NCBI RefSeq assembly: GCF_006345805.1
Contig: NC_043012.1
Coordinates: 45,074,001 to 45,138,000 of the forward strand
Source of the DNA: Octopus sinensis
Lineage: Eukaryota
Length of the DNA: 64,000 bases
Reading direction: 5' to 3'
The position numbers and the translations under genes were made by a program. Of this stretch, positions 1 through 13,146 are shown piece after piece (position 1 is the first letter of the stretch; the number at the start of each line of letters is the position of its first letter). The notes below the pieces were generated by a model. It was not told the DNA's origin, did not search any database, and was given only the letters and a program-made list of their open reading frames with translations.

Positions 1-399
1 GAAGTGTAATACTTACTAATAAGCAGTGATCGTATACATTATGAGTACCAATTTAAAAGAGAAAAAAAGTGCAATAAGACTGGATTCGATCCATGTAATA
101 TAGCTTACCACTAACCCTCATTACCGATCACACTTCAAAGTGTGTTTTGCTCCATTACAACTAAATACTATAAATCTTTTGTTTTAAATTAAGCGAAATT
201 ATTTTATGCTCACAAATTTCTGGGTTGCTTCAAAGCTGATACAGAAGGTACGATGTAGACAGAAATATTTCTAATTGTCTGGTCACTCACTCGGTTGCGT
301 CCTCCGTTAAAGTATCATCGGCGCGTTGGAGCTGGGCTTCTTTTTTTGGTGTGTGGCATAATTATCGTAAGAGCCATCACACATACAGACACACTCCCT

Positions 400-2275
400 A
401 TGCGTATCGCCTTCACCTTCGAAACGCAGAGTATATGAAACCAAGGCGACTGAAGAAGGGGAATTTTCCTTGTGTTACTTGTCCTGTACTCTATTTTTTT
501 GTTGTTTAAGAAAAGTGTCCAGTTCCTTGGTTTTGTGTTTATGTTTTCGTTTCTCATTGTGTTCGACGTTTTTTTTGGTGTCCTGTACCCATATATGCGT
601 GTATATATACATGTAGAGGTAGGTATGTACATATATGTATGTATATATGCATATGTTTTATTAATTAATTTATTATATGACGGAACACACGCATCCATTT
701 CTAAGTAAGATTGTTCTTGATATTAATAATGATGCGCACTCTTGACCTTTTTGTCCCCTCCCTTTCTCAGCCTTCATTCTTTCTGGTTTCCTTTTCTTCT
801 ACCTTACTACCTCTCCCTCTCTCTCATTCTTCATTCTTTCTGGTTTCCTCACAACCATTCCCTGTTTTTCTCTCCCTTTCTCTCGCTCTTCCTCCTCTCT
901 CCCGTCGTTGACCTGCGACGAGAGCTCTGATACTGTCTTTCTGGCCTGACTTCCTTGAAGTGTGGACGGCATTTTCTGTTGCTCCTTCGCCGTTCTCAAA
1001 AATAACGTTCGTAATACTTTTTCTCGTTCGGCTCAACATCCCTTCTTGTCTTGTTATTCTCCTTGTCCTGTCTTTTACTGTTTATATTTTGTACTGTCGT
1101 TACTGTCCTGTTTTTGTTACCATTTTTACCCCTCCGCAAAAAGATCTCAAATTTTATTTAATTTGGTTTTCGCGGGAAGGAAAGTTTCTATCGAAGATGC
1201 GTATCGCCTTCACCTTCGAAACGCAGAGTAGGTGAAACCATGGCGACTGAAGAAGGGGAATTTCCTTGTTTTATTTATCCTGTACTCTATTTTTTTGTTG
1301 TTTAAGAAAAAATGTCCAGTTCCTTGGCTTTGTGTTTATGTTTTCGTTTCTCATTGTGTTCGACGTTTGTTTTTTGTGTCCTGTACCCATATATGCGTGT
1401 ATATATACATGTAGAGGTAGGTATGTACATATATGTATGTATATATGCATATGTTTTATTAATTAATTTATTATATGACGGAACACACGCATCCATTTCT
1501 AAGTAAGATTGTTCTTGATATTAATAATGATGCGCACTCTTGACCTTTTTGTCCCCTCCCTTTCTCAGCCTTCATTCTTTCTGGTTTCCTTTTCTTCTAC
1601 CTTACTACCTCTCCCTCTCTCTCATTCTTCATTCTTTCTGGTTTCCTCACAACCATTCCCTGTTTTTCTCTCCCTTTCTCTCGCTCTTCCTCCTCTCTCC
1701 CGTCGTTGACCTGCGACGAGAGCTCTGATACTGTCTTTCTGGCCTGACTTCCTTGAAGTGTGGACGGCATTTTCTGTTGCTCCTTCGCCGTTCTCAAAAA
1801 TAACGTTCGTAATACTTTTTCTCGTTCGGCTCAACATCCCTTCTTGTCTTGTTATTCTCCTTGTCCTGTCTTTTACTGTTTATATTTTGTACTGTCGTTA
1901 CTGTCCTGTTTTTGTTACCATTTTTACCCCTCCGCAAAAAGATCTCAAATTTTATTTAATTTGGTTTTCGCGGGAAGGAAAGTTTCTATCGAAGATGCGT
2001 ATCGCCTTCACCTTCGAAACGCAGAGTAGGTGAAACCATGGCGACTGAAGAAGGGGAATTTCCTTGTTTTATTTATCCTGTACTCTATTTTTTTGTTGTT
2101 TAAGAAAAAATGTCCAGTTCCTTGGCTTTGTGTTTATGTTTTCGTTTCTCATTGTGTTCGACGTTTGTTTTTTGGTGTCCTGTACCCATATATGCGTGTA
2201 TATATACATGTAGAGGTAGGTACGTATATACATGTATGTATATATGCATATGTTTTATTTATTAATTTATTATAT
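400..2275. repeat. Tandem repeat, ~798-bp unit (5'-partial copy plus two full units), ORF-less, ending in (TA)n/(TATG)n
   Basis: The motif atgcgtatcgccttcaccttcgaaacgcagag recurs at 400, 1197 and 1995. ORF-track peptides repeat with a 798 offset (711/1509, 960/1758). Copies differ by substitutions as well as indels. Confidence 0.95.
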
Positions 2276-2282
2276 ATATGTG

Positions 2283-2328
<46 letters not shown>

Positions 2329-2330
2329 TG

Positions 2331-2362
<32 letters not shown>

Positions 2363-3150
2363 CTAATATAGAATAAAATTGTTTTCGGAAAAAAATTTCA
2401 TCAAAAGTGGCAGCATATTAAAATATCTATAAAGGTGAAAATTATAAACAATTTATAAACAAGGGCAAAAGAAAAGATATTGTTTATAAATTATCTGTCT
2501 ATCTATATACATATATATATGTATGTTTAGTATATATGTATGTATGTGTCAATACATCTGTTCTTATAAGTATGTATGCATGAGTATATGTACGTATATT
2601 ATATATACTCATTGGGATTGGAGTTTTAGAGTCTGTTTGATTGGTTACCCTTTGGGGTCGATTAAATAAGTGCCAGTATAGCACTGGGGTCGATGTAATC
2701 GACTTACACCCTCCCCACAAGTTTCAGGCATTGTGCCAGTAGGAGGAAGTATTTAGATCGGCCACACCATAAGAGTAAGATTGCAAGAAAATATCTTTTA
2801 AAATTCTGATGTGGTTTAGTTCTTTTTGTCATCTTCGTACAACTATGCATCGTAAGAGTTTATCTAACAGATGATCTAACTAACGCTATCATCTGTTACG
2901 CATGAATAAGTAGAGCTACATTAGTTCTCCAGGAATGCAAGAATAACCAATCTTCACTTCAAACAGGTGGACGCATCGGTTGCTGCTTCACTGATATTAG
3001 GTATAAACCGCAACATGTATTCCTGGTATTGGATTTGCAGGTTTCTTATTTACGGCCATACGGCCCGTCATTTTGTATTTTTCTTATCTTATTGATGTCG
3101 AGTGGGCATCGTTTATGTATGTAATATGTGTAGTATCTGTCTATGAAAGT

Positions 3151-3199
<49 letters not shown>

Positions 3200-4899
3200 A
3201 TCTATCTATCTATCTATATATATATATATGTCTAAATGTATGTATATGTAAGTGTGCATATATTTATATGTAGTGCCTATGCACGAACGTATGTATGTAT
3301 GCATGTGGGCTGTATGTATGTGTCTGTATATATGTCTGAGTATGCGTGTACATATGCATATGTCAGTATTATTGTTTTATGTATGTGTATGGAAGTATAT
3401 ACATATATATGTATGTGTGTGTGTGTGTGTGTGTGTGCTTGTGTGTATACCTATCACAGATCATGGAAAATTTCGACAGGAATTCCTCTAAAAACATATA
3501 AAAAAAAAGAAAATAGATTTAATCGAAATCAACGCTATATCTGATTGATTTCCTTACTTCGGCTCTTGAACATGAACAAAAAAAAATGCAATTTTAATCA
3601 AATTGAACAAAAGAAAAAATTAATGAATAAGTAATGAGTTGCTTTAGTGGTTTTAGTGTTAAAAGGTTGTTAGTTTATTTAATCCACTACAGTATTTTCG
3701 ATTAAAGACTCGGCTAACTTAATGACGAGGCGAAAACAAAGCAGGAGAAATCGTTTTTTTTAATTAATTTGATAAATGAGGTCCTTTGTTTTAAAATTAT
3801 TTCAATGGATATTACGGTCAGTGTTTGTTTTAGTTACATCTTCAATACTATTTCCTATTGTTTAGTTTTAATTTTCGTTAAACATTTCTCTATTTTCATT
3901 TCCATTCCTGTACGTTCATTATTTTTTTTTATCTGAACCTTCGTGGTATTTTGTTTCTTCTTATTTGTACGTTTTATTTCTATTTTTAGTTAATTTTCTA
4001 TGAATGTATTTCCCTCCGAATTAATCTTTTTCTATATCTCCACTTCTTCACTTTTTAGTTTTCAACAGAACTAAGATGAATGATTAAACAGTACCAGAAG
4101 CTTGATATGATGAAAGAAGTAAACAAACGACAGGTATACAGCAGTACATTTAAGTAAACCTTCTAAAATCTTCCAGTAAGAAATCGATTAAGTAATCTTA
4201 ATTGTTCTATAGTGTTCTGTAGAACCATATGGTATAATTATTATTATTATTAATAGTAACATAGGGATAAGTTTTGACAAAAGGAATGATATTTAAACCT
4301 TCCCATACAACTGCTCTTTTATAATGCAATTAGCGTTAAGTAAAAAGCTTATACATTGAAATATGGAAATAAAAGGAGATATATGAATATAGGTGAAGGC
4401 CAATCAAATTGGAAATAAGTATCGACATTATGATGCGGAATAGAAGTCAGTTATCATGGACTATCACATCATAGTTTATAATTAGGTAAACTAAAATCAT
4501 TCAAGGCTGCCCCAATAGTTTCATGACTGAAGCAAATAAATAAAAAAAAGAAACAGGTAAAAAACTATGTAACCCCGTATTTATTTATCCACATCGCTAC
4601 GAAGTAAAGTTATGAATATACAACGCTTCTGTTGCAATATTTTGTATGGACAAACACTTTTGTTTCCGGTCTCTGGTGACAACAAAATATTGATAAAAGG
4701 TCATAAAAAATAAACGAATGTTATGCCATAGGATATTCTATAAATTTGTATAATTGCAGTGAATAAGTTATCTTTGACTATCTTTGAATATTTCTGACAG
4801 ATTCTTCTTCATATTTGTCAGTCGTTTGCAAAACATCCTTACTAAAACATCCCTAATAAAACAAATTAATATTAACATTTTATTCATATTTCTTTGTAC

Positions 4900-4992
4900 C
4901 GTTTCCTTCATCCTCGCCGCGTGTTTTCTTTCGTCCGATATGACCGTCCCATCGAAGCTGATTTCCGTCCATTCTGGATGAGCATGATCTCC
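4900..4992 (-). CDS. Candidate 93-bp internal exon of an unidentified gene (GDHAHPEWTEISFDGTVISDERKHAARMKET in phase 0)
   Basis: On the minus strand there is a tgtttcag acceptor and an ACG/gtacaa donor, the length is divisible by 3, the frame is open and GC is locally higher than the flanks. The protein is not recognised and a second frame is also open. Confidence 0.3.
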
Positions 4993-5069
4993 CTGAAACA
5001 ATTCCAGAGCTATATACCTAAACTATGGAAATTCTCTTAAAACTTCTGGTTTTTGAGCTGTATAACTGA

Positions 5070-5180
<111 letters not shown>

Positions 5181-5450
5181 CTCAGTGATAAATTCAAGTT
5201 TCATAGTCTGACCTGTTTGCAAATCACTTAAGCACATCATTCGAGAATCATTTAAGCTCAGACAACATGTCTACTTCGTGAGAATGCATTTCGTTGCAAG
5301 TCTGTCCAATTTCTGCACTATCCGAGCGTGAAACCTGAGGTAGCTTACGTATAACTGCTGTATTCATTAGATAATGTATATTTCTCGGTGGACTAAGCAA
5401 ATTTTTGATGATCATATTTTACCATTGTATATATATATATATTTTTTTTT

Positions 5451-5680
5451 TTTCTTTACTACCCACAAGGGGCTAAACATAGAGGGGACAAACAAGGACA
5501 GACAAAAGGATTAAGTCGATTACATCGACCCCAGTGCGAAACTGGTACATTATTATCGACCCCGAAAGGATGAAAGGCAAAGTCGACCTCGGCGGAATTT
5601 GAACTCAGAACGTAACGACAGACGAAATACCGCAAAGCATATCGCCTGGCGCGCTAACGTTTCTGCCAGCTCGCCGCCCT
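5451..5680 (-). mobile_element. tRNA-derived SINE, family A (full-length copy)
   Basis: The minus-strand head ggcggcgagctggcagaaacgttagc is A-box-like and gagttcaaattccgcc is B-box-like. The body gaggtcgactttgcctttcatcctttcggggtcgat is shared with many copies in the window, and there is an A-rich tail. Confidence 0.85.
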
Positions 5681-5732
5681 ATGACCTCCCTCTCCCTCCT
5701 AGACCTCTCATCATCTCTCTTATACATATATA

Positions 5733-6926
5733 TAAGGTTGTTTCACCTGAAATGTCGCATTTTTAATTACTTGTTATTTCATTTCAATCATTTAAAAAAT
5801 CAATTATGTATACCTTGCATTTAATCTGGACTCTTTTTCAAAATTCGTACCCACAGACCTTATGAAAATGATAACATTCAAACTATGTTGAGTGAGTTTC
5901 TCGTACGAGAAACTGGGTCACTCTGCTGCAGAAGCTCTACGGGATATCAAGCGGACCTTTTGTAATGGTTTTGTTAGCATCAGAGATGGTTCCGAAGCTC
6001 GTTCAGGAGATGATAGCCTTGAAAATAAACCAAAGGGTAAGCCAAAATCATGCATGATGGATTAAATGCTTTGGTTGAACAAAATTTTAGAACAAAAGTT
6101 CGAAAACTTTCATCAAAACTCCAAACATCTTGCACAACCATTTTTGGACACCTGTAAAAAATTTGGAAAAGTCAAGAAAACAGATAGGTTTGTTCCACAT
6201 CAACTGAACGAGATTTAAAAAAACAGACACCTCGAAATGTGCTCCTTATTGCTTTCTCGACTGGAAAAAGACCACTTTGGCGTAAAATCATGACTTGTGA
6301 TGAGGAATAGATAGACTTTGACAACAACAGGAGAACAGAACTGTGATTAGATGCAGGAGAGTCACCTAGACACTACCCAAACCCACCATTGCATTCTAAA
6401 AAGTTAGTGGTCAGTGAATGGAGGTCTGCGAAGGGAGTAATTCATTATTCATTTTTGCAATAAGGAAAAACGGTAACAGCAACATCGTATTGCCAGGAAA
6501 TTGATTGCATGCATGAAAATTTGAAGAAGAACCACAGACTAGTGAATAGGGATGGCCTAATTTTGCTCTACGACAATGCACGTCCTCACACTCCTCAAGC
6601 TACGGTCAAAAAGTTGCAAACCTGACTTATGAGATTTTGCAACATCCTCCCTATTCCCCTCATATCTCTCTTACTGATCATCCCTTATTTAAGCATTTTG
6701 AGCTTTTCATAAGCAATAAAACATTCTTAAATAGAGAAGAGGTAATTGAAGCATTCGGACAATATATCACAGCAATTTTTTAAAAGATGGGATATATGAT
6801 ATAGAGAAACGTTGGGTAAACGTCATAAATGAACATGGATCATTCTTTGATTAAATAAATCAGTTCTCTAACACTTCTGAAACATTTCATTGTTACCCTT
6901 CAAATACGACATTCCGTACGAAACAA

Positions 6927-6930
<4 letters not shown>
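5733..6930 (+). mobile_element. Decayed full-length mariner (DD34D-type) DNA transposon
   Basis: Imperfect ~28-bp TIRs (aggttgtttcacctgaaatgtcgcattt / aaatacgacattccgtacgaaacaacct) are flanked by TA, and the element is ~1.2 kb. Broken frames give mariner motifs LYE-KLGHSAAEA, IMTCDE, LLYDNARPH and HPPYSP. Confidence 0.9.
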
Positions 6931-6961
<31 letters not shown>

Positions 6962-8148
6962 TCATGCGTGTGTGTGTACGTGTGTGTCTATGTGTGAGAA
7001 AGAGAGTGAGATAGAGAGAGTTTCTCTTATGGTTTGTTATAGTGATTGTGACAGCACGTCAAAAGTTTAGTTTTTGCTTGATCTCGAAAAAATAGGAAAG
7101 ATTCATATTACTATAAAAGATATTTGATTATTCTCTGTCGCTAGTTAACGCTGTTGAAACGCATTTATAAGAAAACGATGTATAGCTAGTGTTCACTATG
7201 TCATAAATATCAGTTATGTTTCAGAAATATTACCTCCGGCAACCTTTTAGTTTTTCGTCACTCATAGTCACTAGGTCAATCTCGAACATACCTTAAAGTA
7301 CAATGAAGTTTTATAATATTTGCACACGTAGGATGAAAGTTGGAATATTATACTGTAGCCCATTACACCTCTGTTTTAATATCGCAACTATAAATTTAGA
7401 ATTCCAATCTTACCAAGACCCTAGGTATTTCATTCTTATAAGATTTCTGGATATCAAAAAAAGATAACTGGTGATATAGTTACCGAATCAGTTAGTTCTA
7501 TCCTTCGTGCAACAATTGAATTGCATCAAAGGAAAAATTGGTTTTACATCAAGCGATAGCTTATCCCACATGTAGTTGGTCTTTACTTAACCAATCTTTC
7601 GGTTTTAGTCTTTCGAGTTTAGCTAAAAGGAAAAAATAAACCTAAATAAAGCAAGTTTTCCTTGTGAATGAAAACAAAAACATTATTTTATACAATGATG
7701 ATTCAATAGTAAATGGGTTTAAGATACTAAAAGAATATCTATAAACGCAGATACACACACATGCTTTCTCTTTCTCTCACACATACACACATATATACAC
7801 ACATATATACACACATACACTCACACACATATATATACACAAAGTCACCTATATACGTACCTATTCATACAGGTTTCATTTTAAAATTGAATTAGAGTGA
7901 TCAGTTGTGCACATCCCGCACATTTTCAACATCTTCTTCTGTCTCTAAAAATACAAATGGTTAATGTTTTAAAATAAACTAGTGTTTATTGCAGGTAAAT
8001 TTTCATCAAGTATGTTTCTGCTTTAGAAATACGACTCTATCCTTACTATAATGTATATAATCACTTTATCCCCCTACCACCACTCACGCATACACAAACG
8101 CAAAGAAACACTAGACCAGGACGCGCGTGTCTCCCCATATGTATGTAT

Positions 8149-8182
<34 letters not shown>

Positions 8183-9365
8183 CACTCATGCGTGTGTGTG
8201 TACGTGTGTGTCTATGTGTGAGAAAGAGAGTGAGATAGAGAGAGTTTCTCTTATGGTTTGTTATAGTGATTGTGACAGCACGTCAAAAGTTTAGTTTTTG
8301 CTTGATCTCGAAAAAATAGGAAAGATTCATATTACTATAAAAGATATTTGATTATTCTCTGTCGCTAGTTAACGCTGTTGAAACGCATTTATAAGAAAAC
8401 GATGTATAGCTAGTGTTCACTATGTCATAAATATCAGTTATGTTTCAGAAATATTACCTCCGGCAACCTTTTAGTTTTTCGTCACTCATAGTCACTAGGT
8501 CAATCTCGAACATACCTTAAAGTACAATGAAGTTTTATAATATTTGCACACGTAGGATGAAAGTTGGAATATTATACTGTAGCCCATTACACCTCTGTTT
8601 TAATATCGCAACTATAAATTTAGAATTCCAATCTTACCAAGACCCTAGGTATTTCATTCTTATAAGATTTCTGGATATCAAAAAAAAGATAACTGGTGAT
8701 ATAGTTACCGAATCAGTTAGTTCTATCCTTCGTGCAACAATTGAATTGCATCAAAGGAAAAATTGGTTTTACATCAAGCGATAGCTTATCCCACATGTAG
8801 TTGGTCTTTACTTAACCAATCTTTCGGTTTTAGTCTTTCGAGTTTAGCTAAAAGGAAAAAATAAACCTAAATAAAGCAAGTTTTCCTTGTGAATGAAAAC
8901 AAAAACATTATTTTATACAATGATGATTCAATAGTAAATGGGTTTAAGATACTAAAAGAATATCTATAAACGCAGATACACACACATGCTTTCTCTTTCT
9001 CTCACACATACACACATATATACACACATATATACACACATACACTCACACACATATATATACACAAAGTCACCTATATACGTACCTATTCATACAGGTT
9101 CATTTTAAAATTGAATTAGAGTGATCAGTTGTGCACATCCCGCACATTTTCAACATCTTCTTCTGTCTCTAAAAATACAAATGGTTAATGTTTTAAAATA
9201 AACTAGTGTTTATTGCAGGTAAATTTTCATCAAGTATGTTTCTGCTTTAGAAATACGACTCTATCCTTACTATAATGTATATAATCACTTTATCCCCCTA
9301 CCACCACTCACGCATACACAAACGCAAAGAAACACTAGACCAGGACGCGCGTGTCTCCCCATATG

Positions 9366-9395
<30 letters not shown>
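6930..9395. repeat. Direct tandem duplication, ~1224-bp unit, breakpoints in (TA)n
   Basis: cactcatgcgtgtg occurs at 6959 and 8183. The copies are nearly identical, differing mainly by homopolymer indels. Confidence 0.95.
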
Positions 9396-9396
<1 letters not shown>

Positions 9397-10074
9397 GAAT
9401 ATATACAGAATATGTGTATATATGCATTTATGTGTATATGCGAGTGTATATATTTATATCTGTATTTGCGTTTGCCCAAGTGTGCGTGTTGTATCTTTGC
9501 ACAAAGCAACATGGCACCTAAAATAATCATCTGTATTAAAACTAAAGTGATATGCACTTTATCTTTTCTGAGCAAAACCACTTTGCCTTGTGTAAGTAAT
9601 TGCTTACAGTCGACCGGGCGCCTTTGATGTTGCGGCTACACTACAATAATTTATGATTGGGTCTAGAAACCATTTAGCAGGTCACGCCTCGTGGTAATCT
9701 AACCGGGAGACGTATTGTTGTAAACATAGTATCAAGCATAAAACAATGGCCTTATGCTCATACACAAGCGCTCACACCAACCTACATACATGCATATATT
9801 CTTACACACGCACGCCAAGAGTACACCATATACATACATACATTCATACATATATATATATGTGTGTGTGTGTTTGTATATATGCATAACTCTTGATGAC
9901 AATGATTAATAGTCGTGTTTGAGGTGAACTGACTTGCCACCCCCATATTTTCCTTATCGTCAGCGGTAAATGACTTCATCTTCAAAGTTAGGTTTTGGCA
10001 CCTCAAGTTCGCTATTTTTACTTTGTTTTGATAACAATACAATGCAACTCTTCGGTTTCTTCCATTCATTTTAT

Positions 10075-10079
10075 CATCA

Positions 10080-10137
<58 letters not shown>

Positions 10138-10527
10138 CATCATCATCATCATCATTATTATATTATTATTATATTATTATTATTATTATTATTATATTAT
10201 CATCATCATCATCATCATTATTATTATTATTATATTATTATTATTATTATTATTATATATTATTATTATCATTATTATTATTATCATCATCATCCTCATC
10301 ATCATTACTACTACTACTACAACTTTCACAGCCATCATCGCTATCCACTTGCCCCGCCCCCAGTCCCCTCTCCACCTCCTCTTCTCTTCATCATCATCAT
10401 CATCATCATCACCAGGATAACATACATAACAGGCTAAAACAGTGTTAGGGTCAAAATAATGTTTTGTAATCTTATCTCTGATGGTTACGAAATTAAAAAA
10501 GATTGCAGCAAAAAGCTGAATGGCATT

Positions 10528-10558
<31 letters not shown>

Positions 10559-10640
10559 CAAAATCAACAACAACAACTGCAACTACAAACGTGACAAAAA
10601 CAACAAAACCAACTCCACCACTAACAACAACAGCAGTAGC
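10075..10640. repeat. Compound trinucleotide microsatellites (ATT/ATC)n and (CAG/CAA)n
   Basis: Seen directly. Confidence 0.95.
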
Positions 10641-10949
10641 TGGGACTGCAACAAGTATACCTTCAAAAAAACAGCTTATAATAAACACATACACACGCAC
10701 CTCCATAGATACACACACGCATATAATACATATATATATACAGTATTGCACAAGATCAACTAATGGGGAACTCAGCAATTATTTGCTGTAATATAAAAAA
10801 ATACGTACATAGAGTATTACTAAAGTTAATTTCTCGTACACACACACACGAGCGTGAGCGCAAATATGTCTGTCTTTTTGAAGAACACCATATATAAGCA
10901 GACGTAGACATTCTCTCATTTTATGCATATACATATGATGTATTTTCAC

Positions 10950-10954
10950 ATGCC

Positions 10955-10992
<38 letters not shown>

Positions 10993-11877
10993 ATTATATA
11001 TATATATATACACATACGTATACATACGTATATATATACATATATACAATTATACATCCAACTTATATGCATATATACATATGTGTATATATATATATAC
11101 ACACACACAGAGAAACATACACACACATGCACACACACAAAAACATAGACACACACACACCACACACACACAAACACACATATATATGTGCATCTATACA
11201 TAGACATGAGCGCGCATTTAATTGTTAGTCACGCGTAAACATATTTATATGACTGTGTTGTGTATATGTGCTTCGAGTGTTTTTATTGTCACATATATGG
11301 AGGAGAGGAGGAATGCTATCAATGTTTAGAAGCTATAAATTACGAAACTGGTGTTAACCTTTGAATGTTGAGGAGAATAATGGGTGTTTATGAGAGTGGG
11401 CGGTATCTTTCATTCTTTATTTATTTCAGTGTCCCATTAAAGGTACACACGACAATCTAGACAAAACAAAATAAAGACAACATGACAACATCAACGAAAT
11501 CTTTTCTCCTAGTGACCTAATGGAAATGTGAGACAAATGAGTAGTTTCAGTTCAGAAATTGTTTTTTCAAAGTTTCTTATATTTTCTCATTGAAGATAAC
11601 TCGATAACCCGAGTTCAACTAGATGAATGAATGCATTCTCTTGTTTCTGTTTACGTCTCTTCTCGTGTGATTGTTTTATCTCCGTGCAACAGATAATATC
11701 CACCTTGCAGCATTTTGTTAAATAAATCCTCTTTGGGTTTTAGTTTTCCTTTCTGTTTGATATTTGTTTTTCTATTGTTTAAAGCAAATGTGAAACCTAT
11801 AGAAGGTCTGCTCAAGAATATAAATCAAATTTCGTATCACATACATAAATACATACATACATATACAAACACACACA

Positions 11878-11921
<44 letters not shown>

Positions 11922-12120
11922 ACACACACACACACATATATATATAATATATATATATATATTATATATATATATATATATACACATACGTATACATACG
12001 TATATATATACATATATACAATTATACATCCAACTTATATGCATATATACATATGTGTATATATATATATACACACACACAGAGAAACATACACACACAT
12101 GCACACACACAAAAACATAG

Positions 12121-12152
<32 letters not shown>

Positions 12153-12851
12153 ATATATATGTGCATCTATACATAGACATGAGCGCGCATTTAATTTGTT
12201 AGTCACGCGTAAACATATTTATATGACTGTGTTGTGTATATGTGCTTCGAGTGTTTTTATTGTCACATATATGGAGGAGAGGAGGAATGCTATCAATGTT
12301 TAGAAGCTATAAATTACGAAACTGGTGTTAACCTTTGAATGTTGAGGAGAATAATGGGTGTTTATGAGAGTGGGCGGTATCTTTCATTCTTTATTTATTT
12401 CAGTGTCCCATTAAAGGTACACACGACAATCTAGACAAAACAAAATAAAGACAACATGACAACATCAACGAAATCTTTTCTCCTAGTGACCTAATGGAAA
12501 TGTGAGACAAATGAGTAGTTTCAGTTCAGAAATTGTTTTTTCAAAGTTTCTTATATTTTCTCATTGAAGATAACTCGATAACCCGAGTTCAACTAGATGA
12601 ATGAATGCATTCTCTTGTTTCTGTTTACGTCTCTTCTCGTGTGATTGTTTTATCTCCGTGCAACAGATAATATCCACCTTGCAGCATTTTGTTAAATAAA
12701 TCCTCTTTGGGTTTTAGTTTTCCTTTCTGTTTGATATTTGTTTTTCTATTGTTTAAAGCAAATGTGAAACCTATAGAAGGTCTGCTCAAGAATATAAATC
12801 AAATTTCGTATCACATACATAAATACATACATACATATACAAACACACACA

Positions 12852-12930
<79 letters not shown>
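10950..12930. repeat. Direct tandem duplication, ~972-bp unit, breakpoints in (TA)n/(CA)n
   Basis: cacatacgtatacatacg occurs at 11011 and 11983. ORF-track peptide starts at 11715 and 12689 are identical. Confidence 0.95.
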
Positions 12931-12946
<16 letters not shown>

Positions 12947-12985
12947 CATATACATATATATATATCAGAAGAGAACATATATAAT

Positions 12986-13125
12986 AGGCGCAGGCGTGGC
13001 TATATGGTAAGAAGTTTGCTTCTCAACCACATAGTTCCAGTTTCAGTCCCATTGTCTTTTTCTATGGCCTCGGGCAGATCAAAGTCTTGTGAATGGATTT
13101 GGTGGACGGAAACTAAAAGAAGCAT
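12986..13125 (+). mobile_element. tRNA-derived SINE family B, 5' portion, abutting the maT-like element
   Basis: The aggcgcaggcgtggctatatggtaagaag head and gtggatttggtggacggaaact body match the copy at 14714-15131. Confidence 0.7.
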
Positions 13126-13146
13126 GTCTTATATACATGTCTTATA

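Noticed and set aside
1190-1270. Hammerhead or twister ribozyme in the 798-bp unit
   Set aside because: GAAAC and CTGAAGA are present but there is no NUH site or compatible stems in any permutation I tried. GCAGAG lacks the upstream twister UAA/GCC elements.
10530-10640. Poly-Q/poly-A coding region
   Set aside because: It is a simple (CAG)/(CAA) tract among other microsatellites, with no splice or ORF support.
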